DNA of 63,341 nt, the filler included, from Octopus bimaculoides (lineage: Eukaryota), in the NCBI RefSeq assembly GCF_001194135.2. It is 8 parts of 8 records of this genome, joined end to end, with 100 filler letters (N's around TTAATTAATTAA, not from the genome) between each part and the next. Parts side by side here need not be neighbours in the genome. Positions count along the whole stretch, not along the records: positions 16,206 to 30,107 come from NC_068996.1; positions 30,208 to 37,948 come from NC_068998.1; 6 more parts are not named here. One strand, 5' to 3'. Positions 25,331 to 37,862 of this stretch are shown here, in pieces (position 1 is the stretch's first letter; every line of letters starts with the position of its first letter). The notes under the pieces were generated by a model. The model saw only the letters and a list, made by a program, of their open reading frames with translations, was not told the DNA's origin and searched no databases. A program made the translations under genes and the position numbers.

Positions 25331-25611
25331 ATGGCAAACACATATGAGTTCGTGTGTTGAAGCATATTCTGTTGTGCCAGGGGACAGTCATTCTCTTTAG
25401 TGTCTTATAATTTAACACACTCACCGGTAAAATTTCCTCTTATTTCTTTATTTTTCTAAAATTTCCATTGCGTCTTGCAACCTTTTCAATAGTTTTGAAA
25501 AGGTTGCAAGACACAATGAAAATTTTAGAAAAATAAAGAAGGAAATAAGTGGAAATTTTACCGGTGAGTGTGTTAAATTTTAAGGCACTAAAAGAGAATG
25601 ACCCTCCCCAG

Positions 25612-25870
25612 ACACCTCCGCAAAATCCTAAATTATATTCAATTTGCTTTCCGGGAGCAACTTTTTTTTCGAAAGCGTATATTGTTGTTAAATGCTCGAA
25701 ATACGAGAGTAGAAAAGCAGGCAACAACTGATGAACGGTCGTTCTTTATGTTGTTTGTCTTGTTTTTCATTTGTGTCTTTCATTGTTCTAAAAAATAGTT
25801 CATATTCCATGTTCTCGTACTTAGTATTTTTTTGTTGTACACGTTTCATGGCGTCCTGTGCCCAAATATG
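25612..25870 (+). repeat. Dispersed CTGATGA-bearing repeat family. Copies 4420-4620 (-), 29400-29660 (-), 34380-34657 (+)
   Basis: All share cctcc.caaat...ttgtYgttaaa.gc.cgaaa...gta...cRacaactgatga.ggg...gacgtcctgt, usually ending in a (TA)-rich tract. Confidence 0.85.
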
Positions 25871-26259
25871 TATATATATATATATATATATGTATGTAAA
25901 AGCTATGCTCAAAAATTCTCTCTTTTCAACGAGCATCAATCTAATACATTCCTTATGCACGTCTTCTCTTTGTCCGTTAAGGTTATTATTCGTTGTTTTG
26001 AAGTGATTGTTTATTTGGCTACATATAAGTATATAACCTTTTATTCTTTTACTTGTTTCAGTCATTTGACTGCGGCCATGCTGGAGCACCACCTTAAGTC
26101 GAAGAAATCGACCTCAGGACTTATTCGTTGTAAGGCTGGTACTTATTCTATCAGCCCCTTTTGCCGAACCGTTAAGTTACGGAGACATAAACACACCAAT
26201 ATCGGTTGTCAAGCGATGGTGTGTGGGGGGAACAAACTCGGACACACAAACACACACAC

Positions 26260-26314
<55 letters not shown>

Positions 26315-26372
26315 ATATAATATAAACAATATATATGCATATATAGACACGCATATGTACATACATCCATAC

Positions 26373-26442
<70 letters not shown>

Positions 26443-26476
26443 TGCATATATACGTACACACACGCGCGCGCACACC

Positions 26477-26507
<31 letters not shown>

Positions 26508-27842
26508 TGATACTGTCATGTTTAGAAATGCAAATTGGAGAGAACAATACTTTTGGGAGTAATCGATTATTCACTTGCGTGAAACTCGGAGTAGGTGAGG
26601 AGTAACTCATCAAAGTAACCCATACACACATGTATATCTACGCTGCTAAGGAGCCGAAGGCTTTTTTTTTATCACAATAATAAGACGTGCTGGCCGATGT
26701 TTGGAAGAACTTTGCCTTCTTGATGAGGAAAACGTATATTGTTGCATATGTAGCGTTCAGAAATACACATCTGCCCATGAAATTCTTCCACATGACTTGA
26801 GATATGGAGAAGGGCAAGATCGACGCTGTTACAAACGTAAATAGTAACGGTTTTATCCTTGGGTGTTGTCACCTATAAGGCATAGTAGAAGCAGTTGATG
26901 AGTATTTAGTTGCACGGCATCTCTATGACTTAACAAGTCCTTATGGCTTCTGAAACTGTATAATTTGTCTCGACCTAGAAATAGCCGAAGTGGCCGTGCC
27001 AGTCTTCGCTTCTATAAATTTAAAAGACCCCGAAATTTTCCTGGCACACAACAGGAGTTGAGCTCTCGTTGACACCTGGAGATTACCAATAAACCTCGTC
27101 GTGCTTGCTCAAAATGTAAAACGTCTGTGACATCAGACACCAAGTTTTGTCTTTGTTTGACCAAGGACTGAGGATTCGTCCGCTCGGCTTTCTAAGTGTG
27201 ACATCCCCAATGATATGACATCTGTCTATTTTATTATATTTTAAGGGTGCTCCTAAAATGAAAAACAAAATAAGAATTAAAAGAAAATAGACAAACCTCA
27301 TATTTAAGCATTTAAATTCCAATTTTGACCGTACTAAACCTGTTCAGTTTGCCTACAAGTAACTATGTTTTTATTTGTTCTTCATGTTGTTCTTTGAAGT
27401 AATGGGTTTGGCTGATTTTATGAAAAGGATATTTACAAAAGAACTTTCGACTATAGCTATTCCAGAGGACGTCAAAAGGTCAGCTACCCACACACACACA
27501 CGTGCGCGCGCACGCAACTCTAACTTAAGTTCTGTTAATCTGTTGAGAAAGTCTTAGCTACTCAGCTAAAAAGACAAGTATTTTAAAGTAGTTAAAAAAA
27601 CCCACGTCGTTCTATGTTTTCTAGTTAAATAATATTTCCCGTCGTTATGTGAAATTCTTAATTACATATTCGACTTAGTTGACAGCTTAAATTCATTGAA
27701 AATGTAAATTTCATGTCTTGTCTTATAAAAAAAAAATTAGACTGTTAAACTGAAAATCAGCTACGCAGAGATTAAAAATGTATTCTATTTCGGTATATAA
27801 ATACATATGAATTAAAAAAACAAATGTATTAAACCTGTTTGT

Positions 27843-28292
27843 GACGGCTGTGTGGTAAGTAGCTTGCTTACGAACCACATGGTTCCGGGTTCATTCACAC
27901 TGCGTGGCACCTTAGGCAAGTGTCTTCTACTATAGCCTCGGGCCGACCAAAGCCTTGTGATTGGATTTGGTAGACGGAAAGTGAAAAAAGCCCGTCGTAT
28001 ATATGTATATATATATATATATATNNNNNNNNNNNNNNNNNNNNNACAAGTAAAAGAGTAAAAATCTATGAATTTATGTGTCGGGATGTGTGTTTGTGTG
28101 TGTGTGTTTGTCCCCCCCCACCATCGCTTGACAACCGATGCTGGTGTGTTTACGTCCCCGTAACTTATCTGTTCGGCAAAAAGAGCCGATAGAATAAGTA
28201 CTAGGCTTACAAAGTCTTGGGGTCGATTCTCTCGACTAAAGGCGGTACTCCAGCATGGCCGCAGTCAAAGGACTGAAACAAGTAAAAGAGTA
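27843..28292 (+). mobile_element. SINE family 1 copy, gapped
   Basis: Head 27843-28000 and 3' half 28108-28292 align to 56668-57074. Confidence 0.85.
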
Positions 28293-28789
28293 AAAATCTA
28301 TGAATTTATGTGTCGGGATGTGTGTTTGTGTGTGTGTGCGTGTGTGTGTGTGTGCGTGCATGTGTATGTGTGTGTGCGTGTGTGCGTGTGTGTGACATTG
28401 TAAACCTGAGAAAGCCTTGCATAGTTTCCCTGTTCTGCTTACAGATTGTATTAGTAATGTGCGAATCAATAGCTTGATTTCTATAAACCGAAGCTTATCT
28501 AGACTGACAGCTAAGCATTTATACCAATTATTATTGGTTTAAATGTAAATATGTAATTCGTATATAGAAGCTGGAGTTTTCGAAGCAGTTGTACATACGT
28601 ATCTTCTTTCTCTTTGATATTCAGAGGTTTTCAAATCAGCAGAACAGCTGATCTACATGATGGTACATGCCTCCTTTTGTCTATCCCGAACAACAATATT
28701 TGTTATCCTTACGTAAGTATAGTAAGCCAGATATATGTATGTAAAGATATGTATGTATATGTATGCATATATATGCATGTATGTATGAG

Positions 28790-28861
28790 GTGTCGGTAGT
28801 GTAACGGTTAGCATGGTTATTTTCCAAGCAGTCGATCCGGGTTCGGCCTCCAACCGACGCA
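28790..28861 (+). pseudogene. tRNA-Gly(TCC) pseudogene
   Basis: 72 nt aligning to eukaryotic tRNA-Gly-TCC. Acceptor stem GTGTCGG/CCGACGC pairs and the anticodon loop reads TTTCCAA. The anticodon stem (GTTAT/GCAGT) and T stem (CCGGG/TCCAA) are broken, and the T loop is TTCGGCC. Confidence 0.8.
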
Positions 28862-28926
28862 TCCCTCGTGAATCTTTATACGCACAGGCGTAATTGTGTA
28901 ACATGAATCTTGCTTCCCAAGTCCCA

Positions 28927-29080
28927 TGAAAAGGTTGCAAGACACAACGAACATTTTAGAAAAATAAAGAAGGAAATAAGTGGAAATTTTACCGGTGAGT
29001 GTGTTAAATTATTAGGTACCAAAAGAGAATGACTCTCCCCAAACAAAACAGAATATGCTTCGACATATGAACTCACATAA
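28927..29080 (+). repeat. Second dispersed repeat (aaggttgcaagac...agagaatgactc). Copies 22916-23040 (+), 25340-25490 (-), 25496-25610 (+)
   Basis: Direct alignment by eye over about 110-150 nt. Confidence 0.85.
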
Positions 29081-29108
29081 AGAATCTTGCAAACCAAATC
29101 CCAAAACG

Positions 29109-29181
<73 letters not shown>

Positions 29182-29245
29182 TATATAGATTTATATATAT
29201 ATCAATTGAGTTTTTTACCTGTAATTTTGGATTTTATCCCAAATA

Positions 29246-29308
<63 letters not shown>

Positions 29309-29314
29309 TGTATG

Positions 29315-29345
<31 letters not shown>

Positions 29346-30207
29346 CGCATCTATACATACATATACGTACATACTTACATATATATGCATATACGCATGC
29401 ATATATGGTTACAGGACGTCATTGAACGTAAACAACATGAAATACGAAAACATGGAATACGAGCTTTTTGCAAACAACGAAAGGAACAAATGAAAAACAA
29501 GACAAGCAACATAGAGAACGACCCGTCATCAGTTGTCGGTTGTTTTATGTACTCCGCATTTCGAGCATTTACAACAAAATGCACCTTCGTCAAAACAGTT
29601 GCTCCCGCAAAGCAAATTAAATAAAATTTGGGATTTGCGGAGGGTCAGATTTGATAACGAAAGGAGGACAGTGAAAACGGTAAGGGCTGTTACGCCATGA
29701 CGAGATGAGGTGATGAACGCCGCAGAAACAAGCCTTGACAGGAGGCAGACGAGAATGTGTCTTATTTTTGTAGCTGATCGGAAAAAAAGAAACTCAAGAT
29801 AGGAAAAGAAAGATGGCCGATGGTCACGCGTGAGCAACGAGAGAGAAAAGGAGGAAGAGTAAGGAAAAGAGAGGGACAGATAGAGAACGATGAAGGGAAG
29901 AGGAAAAGCATTAGACAAAATATAAGAGAGAAGAAAACGAAAGATGTAGAAGGGGAGATAAAAAGAATTAGAGAAAGGAAGAGAGGATACGAAAGAGAAA
30001 CAGATATAGAATAGAACAACTTTCGCATCAAATTTATTAAGATAAAACTTTAAAATGGATGCGTGGCGTTCAATCATATAATATAACCATATATATATAT
30101 ATATATANNNNNNNNNNNNNNNNNNNNNNNNNNNNNNNNNNNNNNNNNNNNTTAATTAATTAANNNNNNNNNNNNNNNNNNNNNNNNNNNNNNNNNNNNN
30201 NNNNNNN

Positions 30208-30390
30208 ACGAAGGGTACTGAAAAGTTCCAGGCTTTAAGGGGGTCGTGAAAGGTCTGGCTGGAGACCCAACCTTTCGAGTTCTTGTACAGGGCTTAGAAA
30301 AACCCGAAGGACCGCTTATAGTAAGGGTGTGAATTTGAAAGGAGAATATGTTAAAGATGTTAATACTGAAATAAAAATAACATTGGAAAT
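30208..30390 (+). mobile_element. Short mariner-derived non-autonomous fragment
   Basis: Starts acgaagggtactgaaaagttcc (mariner-type TIR) and ends with a CVNLKGEYV-like transposase C-terminal remnant. Confidence 0.55.
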
Positions 30391-30408
30391 ATATTATAAA
30401 TACAACAA

Positions 30409-30459
<51 letters not shown>

Positions 30460-31778
30460 ATCATCCTCATCATCACACCGTTCCCCACTAAATGAAGAAA
30501 GGCTGTACAAAAAAAGAATCTATTGGACTTTTTGTTTTAGTGAAAAGGCCTGAGGTGAACAACTGGCCATCAGAAGATGAAGAAGAAACTAAGCGTTAAG
30601 ATCATTTCAAGTACTTTCAGAGGGACGAGAAAGCCATTGGTTTGTACTCTACTAATTACATGGTCGTATTGGCTACATAACAACAACAATAACAACAACA
30701 AAAGCGGTAACAGCAACATCAATAACAACAGCAGTAACTAAATAATTGCGAGCCATCAAAGGGAGTTAAGCCACAGCATAACAGCTCCACCTAACATGCT
30801 AGAAATAGCAACCAAGCAACCTCGGGCAAGCCTTGTACTGAGGTCAAGGCCCTCCCCTCAAAATTGTTGACCTTGTACTGAAATGGTATCGCTTTTTATT
30901 TGTTTACTTATTGGATTGTTTTTTTATATTTATTTTATGAAAGGAAATGTAAAGTGGTTCGGTTAGAACCTCGGCCTGCCGCTCACATCATCAAGTAGGC
31001 AAAATGTCAAAGGTAAAAATGTTAAAAAACGAAAAAAAAAACAAAGAAAAAACAAAGAAAACATTAAGGTTACATTCAAAGTGAAACCCTGCGGGGCTCG
31101 AACTCAGAGCAACGTTGCATCAAAAGAAGATATCATTAGATGTTGTAAAGGATGTAGTCTGGTGCATTATTCGACAGGCAACAACGGCAACAAAGTTACC
31201 GTGATTTTTAACCAAAAGTTTGTTCGTTGATTTGCGTGGCGTGGGTTCGGATGGGTGTTGGGGCGATGGTGGGGGGTACCTTTACCAAAATATAACTATC
31301 TACACTTCCTGAAATGTAGCATGTATACACACATGCGCAGACAGATAAACACACATACACACACACACACGTTTATATGCAATATGTGTGTACACACGCA
31401 CACATATATGTATGTATGTATACCTCTTCTGCATTTAATCATTTAATCATCTAAATTCTTCCTCTGGAAAAGGAGTTGGTTTCTAACAAAGATACAAGAC
31501 TCCATCTTTGGAATGTAGACAACGAAAACAATGTCATATTCTAAACCTTAGAAGTCTTGCATAGTCTTACTGCTCTGCTTACAGATTGTATTTGTAATGT
31601 GCGATTCAGTGAGGAAGTGAAATTACACCGAAACATTGTGTCTAATTGTCCGCTAACATCAGAGCTTGTCTTCATGTGTTTTTACACACAAAGTATATAT
31701 AGAGAAACCCTAAACGAATATACACATATATACATACATACATGCATAAATACATACATACGTACATACATACGTACG

Positions 31779-31856
<78 letters not shown>

Positions 31857-32929
31857 AATCGGCAGAAATTGTATTTATAGGCCAAGTTTGATATTCATCG
31901 CCACTGGGAATAGGAGAGGAGTTATCGACGTTTCGGAAAAAAAGAGGAAGAAAAAATACTTTTCTCTACTCTATGTCCATGAGAAAGCTTTGATATTAAA
32001 GCAGAGAGTTTGGTCACTGAATACAAGTTCGCTTCCTCCTGAACTAAACACAAAGACTGGAACTACATGAACTTTTCGATACATACACTGTCTAACCATT
32101 TTNNNNNNNNNNNNNNNNNNNNNNNNNNNNNNNNNNNNNNNNNNNNNNNNNNNNNNNNNNNNNNNNNNNNNNNNNNNNNNNNNNNNNNNNNNNNNNNNNN
32201 NNNNNNNNNNNNNNNNNNNNNNNNNNNNNNNNNNNNNNNNNNNNNNNNNNNNNNNNNNNNNNNNNNNNNNNNNNNNNNNNNNNNNNNNNNNNNNNNNNNN
32301 NNNNNNNNNNNNNNNNNNNNNNNNNNNNNNNNNNNNNNNNNNNNNNNNNNNNNNNNNNNNNNNNNNNNNNNNNNNNNNNNNNNNNNNNNNNNNNNNNNNN
32401 NNNNNNNNNNNNNNNNNNNNNNNNNNNNNNNNNNNNNNNNNNNNNNNNNNNNNNNNNNNNNNNNNNNNNNNNNNNNNNNNNNNNNNNNNNNNNNNNNNNN
32501 NNNNNNNNNNNNNNNNNNNNNNNNNNNNNNNNNNNNNNNNNNNNNNNNNNNNNNNNNNNNNNNNNNNNNNNNNNNNNNNNNNNNNNNNNNNNNNNNNNNN
32601 NNNNNNNNNNNNNNNNNNNNNNNNNNNNNNNNNNNNNNNNNNNNNNNNNNNNNNNNNNNNNNNNNNNNNNNNNNNNNNNNNNNNNNNNNNNNNNNNNNNN
32701 NNNNNNNNNNNNNNNNNNNNNNNNNNNNNNNNNNNNNNNNNNNNNNNNNNNNNNNNNNNNNNNNNNNNNNNNNNNNNNNNNNNNNNNNNNNNNNCACCAC
32801 CACCACCACCACCACCACCACCTACCATTATCCTCTCCTAAATAACTAAATTTCTCTCTTTACTTATTTTCGCTTAATTTCTTATTCGTTTTGTTGTTAT
32901 TGGTTGTACTTTCTCGATATTCTATCTAT

Positions 32930-33417
32930 CTATTGTTGTTGTTGGTACCGATGTTGTTGTTGTTGTTGCTACTGCTGCTGCTACTGCGGCTACTGCTGTT
33001 GTTATTGTGATTTCTCGTTGTTGTCATTTTTCGTTATCGCCCTTTATCACCATTACAATAATTATTTCTGTTGTTGCTGCTGTTGCAATTTCTGGTTGTT
33101 GTCTTCAGAATTATTGCTTTTATTGTCTTCGTAGTTGTTGTTGTTGTTGTTGTTGTTCTTGTTATTTTCCTTTACTACCTTCGTAGTCACTGTTCCTGTT
33201 TTTTTTTTTTCACAAAATTTTCTACATGATTATTGAATTTGATAATGTTATCATTTCATAATTGTCTACATTATTTATATTATTATTATCGTTTTTGTTG
33301 TTGTTGTTGTTGTCGTCGTTCTTCTTCTTCTTCTTCTTCTTCTTCTTCTTCTTCTTCTTCTTCTTCTTCTTCTTCTTCTTCTTTTTCTACTTCTTCTTCT
33401 TCTTCTTCTTCTTCTTA
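32930..33417 (+). repeat. Compound (GTT)n/(GCT)n/(CTT)n microsatellite field. Many (TA)n, (CA)n, (GA)n, (GATA)n, (TAC)n and (TTA)n tracts occur throughout the window
   Basis: Direct reading, e.g. (CTT)n 33318-33417, (TAC)n 30409-30455, (TG)n 20515-20598, (TTA)n 41460-41507. Confidence 0.95.
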
Positions 33418-33785
33418 ATACCGTTATTGTTGTTGTTGTTTTTGTTTTTTTTACTCCTAATACTGCAGAAGCTACTTATCTTTAAAATAAGATTCTGTGA
33501 CCCCCTTTTGGACACTTGACCCCACATATTTGCCCCCAAGTTATATATGAACATATGTATATGTGTGCGAATGTATGTGTGCATGTGTGTATGTATAAAT
33601 GTATGTGCTCATATGAGCGCGTATATGTGTATATTTGTGATATATGTATCTATAGAAACATGCATACGTACATAATACGAATGTATACACACAGACGCAC
33701 ATATATATGTATGTATACACATATACACACACATACACGCGCACGTATATATATATATATATATGAATATATATATATGAATATA

Positions 33786-33838
<53 letters not shown>

Positions 33839-34277
33839 ATATACACACACCTATACATATATATGTGTGTGTGTGTATAAATCGATTTATATACACCAAT
33901 ATGTATTATTCTGTGTGCGTCACGTCACGCTCACACACACAAGCACATATATGTATGTGTGTGTGTGTGTGTGTGTATGTACGTATGTATGTATGTATGT
34001 ATATACACACGCACAAGCACACCTTATTAAAAATCATGACTTGATGTTCAATTAAGAAACAGTTTCCACATTTTTAATAATCTTCCTTCTAATTCATCAG
34101 TCTTTCTTAACAATATATCTAATTAGATGTTTCTACTATAGATAATAATATATCTAATTAGATATTTCTGGCCGCCACAACCAAGACTAATCAACAACTA
34201 TTAGAAGTGTTTAGCAACATACTTAACCTTAACCCAATCATAGATTGCCATATTGTGAGTTTCTTCTCGTTTTATGC

Positions 34278-34324
<47 letters not shown>

Positions 34325-34325
34325 C

Positions 34326-34357
<32 letters not shown>

Positions 34358-34760
34358 ATATATATATATATATATATATATGTGGGTACCGGACATCACC
34401 AACTGTAAACAACATGAAATGTTGTCTTCGAAGACAATTGCTCCCATGACTTCCCTAATAAACTTTGGATTTTATGGCGGGTCATATTGTCGTTAAATGC
34501 TCGAAATGAGGAGTAGATAGACAGCCGACAACTGATGAAGGGTCGTTCTTTGTGTTACTTGTCCTGTTTTCAATTTTTTTTCTCTCGTCTGCCTATTTAA
34601 CTCATTTGTTTTCGTATTTTCATGTTGTTTACAGTTGGTGACGTCCTGTACCCACATATGCATATATACATGCATACAAACATACATACATACACACACA
34701 CACACACAGATATATATATATATATATATATATATTATTTATATCATTATATTATAAGTA

Positions 34761-35654
34761 TACGAGAAAGTACCCAAAAGAAACCGGGATTTTGCAATAT
34801 CCTTTTATTCACTTAGTTTCTTCTATTTACACTTTTATCGTCCTCAAAATATTCTCCATTTAAAACAAGACATCGGTCCACACGCGTTCTCCACTGTTAG
34901 AAGCAGTGCTGGAACTCTTGCGAAATGAAGTCTTTTAATGCCCCCATCGTTATTTTCTTCCCCTCTTCTACATCTGCAAATTCCATAGTTCCATGGCACC
35001 ACCTTTCATCACCAGTGATGACCTTCGAAAAAAATGTTCGGATCAACTTTTTTCAATTCACGACACACATTCAGTCCTAACTACTTTTGATCTTCCGTCA
35101 GCAAGCGTGGCACAAATTTTGCTGTAACTCTTTTCATTCGCAATTCCTCGCTCAAAATTCGTTGGCAGGAGCCCCAGGACACACGAGCCATTTCAATAAG
35201 TTCGTCAATTATTCGGTGATGATCCTCCAAGATCAGTTCATGAATTTTCATGTTTTCCTTCGTTCGGGAGATCGACGGTGGTCCTAAGCAAGGTTGGTCT
35301 TCAAGCGACAAATGATCATTTCTAAAACGTGGAAACCACTCGTAAGCTTGTGTTTCGCCCATGGCGGCGTTCTTTGTAAGCTGCTCCAGCCGCCGTTTTT
35401 CCTAGCAAAAAACAGATAGAATTTCACGGAAGCACACTGTTCTTTCGCTTCAGCAATCACAAAAAATCGACGAACAGGGAAGAAGCACTGCAAAGCAAAG
35501 ACGCACCACGTGGCAGTACGAACTCACCTGACAACGCCAGTCACCAGACTGATGCCTGAGGGTTGCATCAAGTGGTCTCTCACGCGAAAGACTGAGCTAC
35601 AACGGCTCTGTCCCCCAGAGAACGTTTCCGGTTACTTCTGGGTACCTCCTCGTA
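34761..35654 (-). mobile_element. Internally deleted mariner element with both TIRs
   Basis: TIRs tacgagaaagtacccaaaagaaaccgg and the reverse complement of ccggttacttctgggtacctcctcgta. Transposase remnants EQCASVKF, QAYEWFPRFR, VSWGSCQRILSEELRMKRVTAKFVPRLLTEDQK, then only the C-terminal stub. The catalytic DDD region is absent. Confidence 0.9.
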
Positions 35655-36130
35655 CATTCATACATACACATACACGTATGTGTGTACGTATTTATGTATA
35701 TATTTGTATGTGTGTGTGTGTATGTGTGTGTGTATGTGTGTGTGTGTGTGTGTGNNNNNNNNNNNNNNNNNNNNNNNNNNNNNNNNNNNNNNNNNNNNNN
35801 NNNNNNNNNNNNNNNNNNNNNNNNNNNNNNNNNNNNNNNNNNNNNNNNNNNNNNGTGTGCGTGTGTGTGTGTGCATATACGCACACACACACATATATAT
35901 ATATATGTATGTATGACGCAGGTGTGGCTGTGTGACAAGAAGCTTGTTTTTCAACTACATGGATCCAGGTTCAGTCCCACCACACGGCACCTTGGGCAAG
36001 TGTCTTCAACTACAGCCACGGGCCTGTCAAAACCTTGTAAGTGGATTTGGTAGACGGAAACTAAAAGAAGCCCGTCGTATATATGTATATGTATATATGT
36101 GTGTGGGGGGTGTATGTGTATGTGTGTGTG

Positions 36131-36179
<49 letters not shown>

Positions 36180-37427
36180 ATGAATGCATGCATGTATGTA
36201 TATATGCATTTGTATATAGTGTTTTCATTATATTTGCAACAATAAATGTCTTTGGTTCACAGAGATTTCAAAACTCCGAAACTTATCTCTTATCTTTTTT
36301 GTTTTACCTTTCCTTTTTTTTAATTTTGTTATTGTTGTCTTTGTTATGAATCCTATGTGTTTGTTGTTGTCTTTGCTGTTTAGTATTTTTTTCTTATCCT
36401 TTTTAACTTATTCCCCCGTCCCACCACCTCTCCACCCCTCTGATATTCAAAGCACCACCACCGCCGCCGCCGCCACCACCGCCGCCACCGCCGCCGCCAC
36501 GACCACCACCAACAACAACAACAACAGCAACAACAACAACAACAATCTTAAGTAATTGTATTCTTGATAATCTGACTTCAGAACTTGATAATAAATTGGT
36601 GACAATGGTTAATGTTGGTCTTTTTGTACTGGGGTGGAGGANNNNNNNNNNNNNNNNNNNNNNNNNNNNNNNNNNNNNNNNNNNNNNNNNNNNNNNNNNN
36701 NNNNNNNNNNNNNNNNNNNNNNNNNNNNNNNNNNNNNNNNNNNNNNNNNNNNNNNNNNNNNNNNNNNNNNNNNNNNNNNNNNNNNNNNNNNNNNNNNNNN
36801 NNNNNNNNNNNNNNNNNNNNNNNNNNNNNNNNNNNNNNNNNNNNNNNNNNNNNNNNNNNNNNNNNNNNNNNNNNNNNNNNNNNNNNNNNNNNNNNNNNNN
36901 NNNNNNNNNNNNNNNNNNNNNNNNNNNNNNNNNNNNNNNNNNNNNNNNNNNNNNNNNNNNNNNNNNNNNNNNNNNNNNNNNNNNNNNNNNNNNNNNNNNN
37001 NNNNNNNNNNNNNNNNNNNNNNNNNNNNNNNNNNNNNNNNNNNNNNNNNNNNNNNNNNNNNNNNNNNNNNNNNNNNNNNNNNNNNNNNNNNNNNNNNNNN
37101 NNNNNNNNNNNNNNNNNNNNNNNNNNNNNNNNNNNNNNNNNNNNNNNNNNNNNNNNNNNNNNNNNNNNNNNNNNNNNNNNNNNNNNNNNNNNNNNNNNNN
37201 NNNNNNNNNNNNNNNNNNNNNNNNNNNNNNNNNNNNNNNNNNNNNNNNNNNNNNNNNNNNNNNNNNNNNNNNNNNNNNNNNNNNNNNNNNNNNNNNNNNN
37301 NNATATATATTTCTCTCACTCTCTTTCTTTCTCTCACTATCTCTCTCTCTCTCTATCTACGTATCTATTTATCTACCTATCTGTCTGTCTATCTCTCTAT
37401 CTGTTTGCCTATCTATCTGTCTATCTA

Positions 37428-37465
<38 letters not shown>

Positions 37466-37819
37466 CATCTATCTATCTATTTATCTATTTGATTGTGTAT
37501 CTAACAAGAAAGAAAGAAAGAAAGAAACAAACCAACAAACAAACAAACAAACAAACAATCAACCCTCCGTTACAGAACTGATAATTTATTTTATCGACCC
37601 TGAAAAGATGAAAAGGAAAGTTAACCTTGGCGGGATTTGAACTCGGAGCGCAAAGAGCCAGAGCGATTACTGCAATGCAACCAACCCGTCGCTCTAACAA
37701 CTCTGCATTATGTTTGTGCATATGTGCGTGCGTGCACGCGTTTGCCTGTGCATGCGCTAGTGTGTGAGCCTGTGTGCGTGTATGCGGGAGAGTCCATGTG
37801 TGTGTGTGTGTGAGTGCGA

Positions 37820-37862
<43 letters not shown>

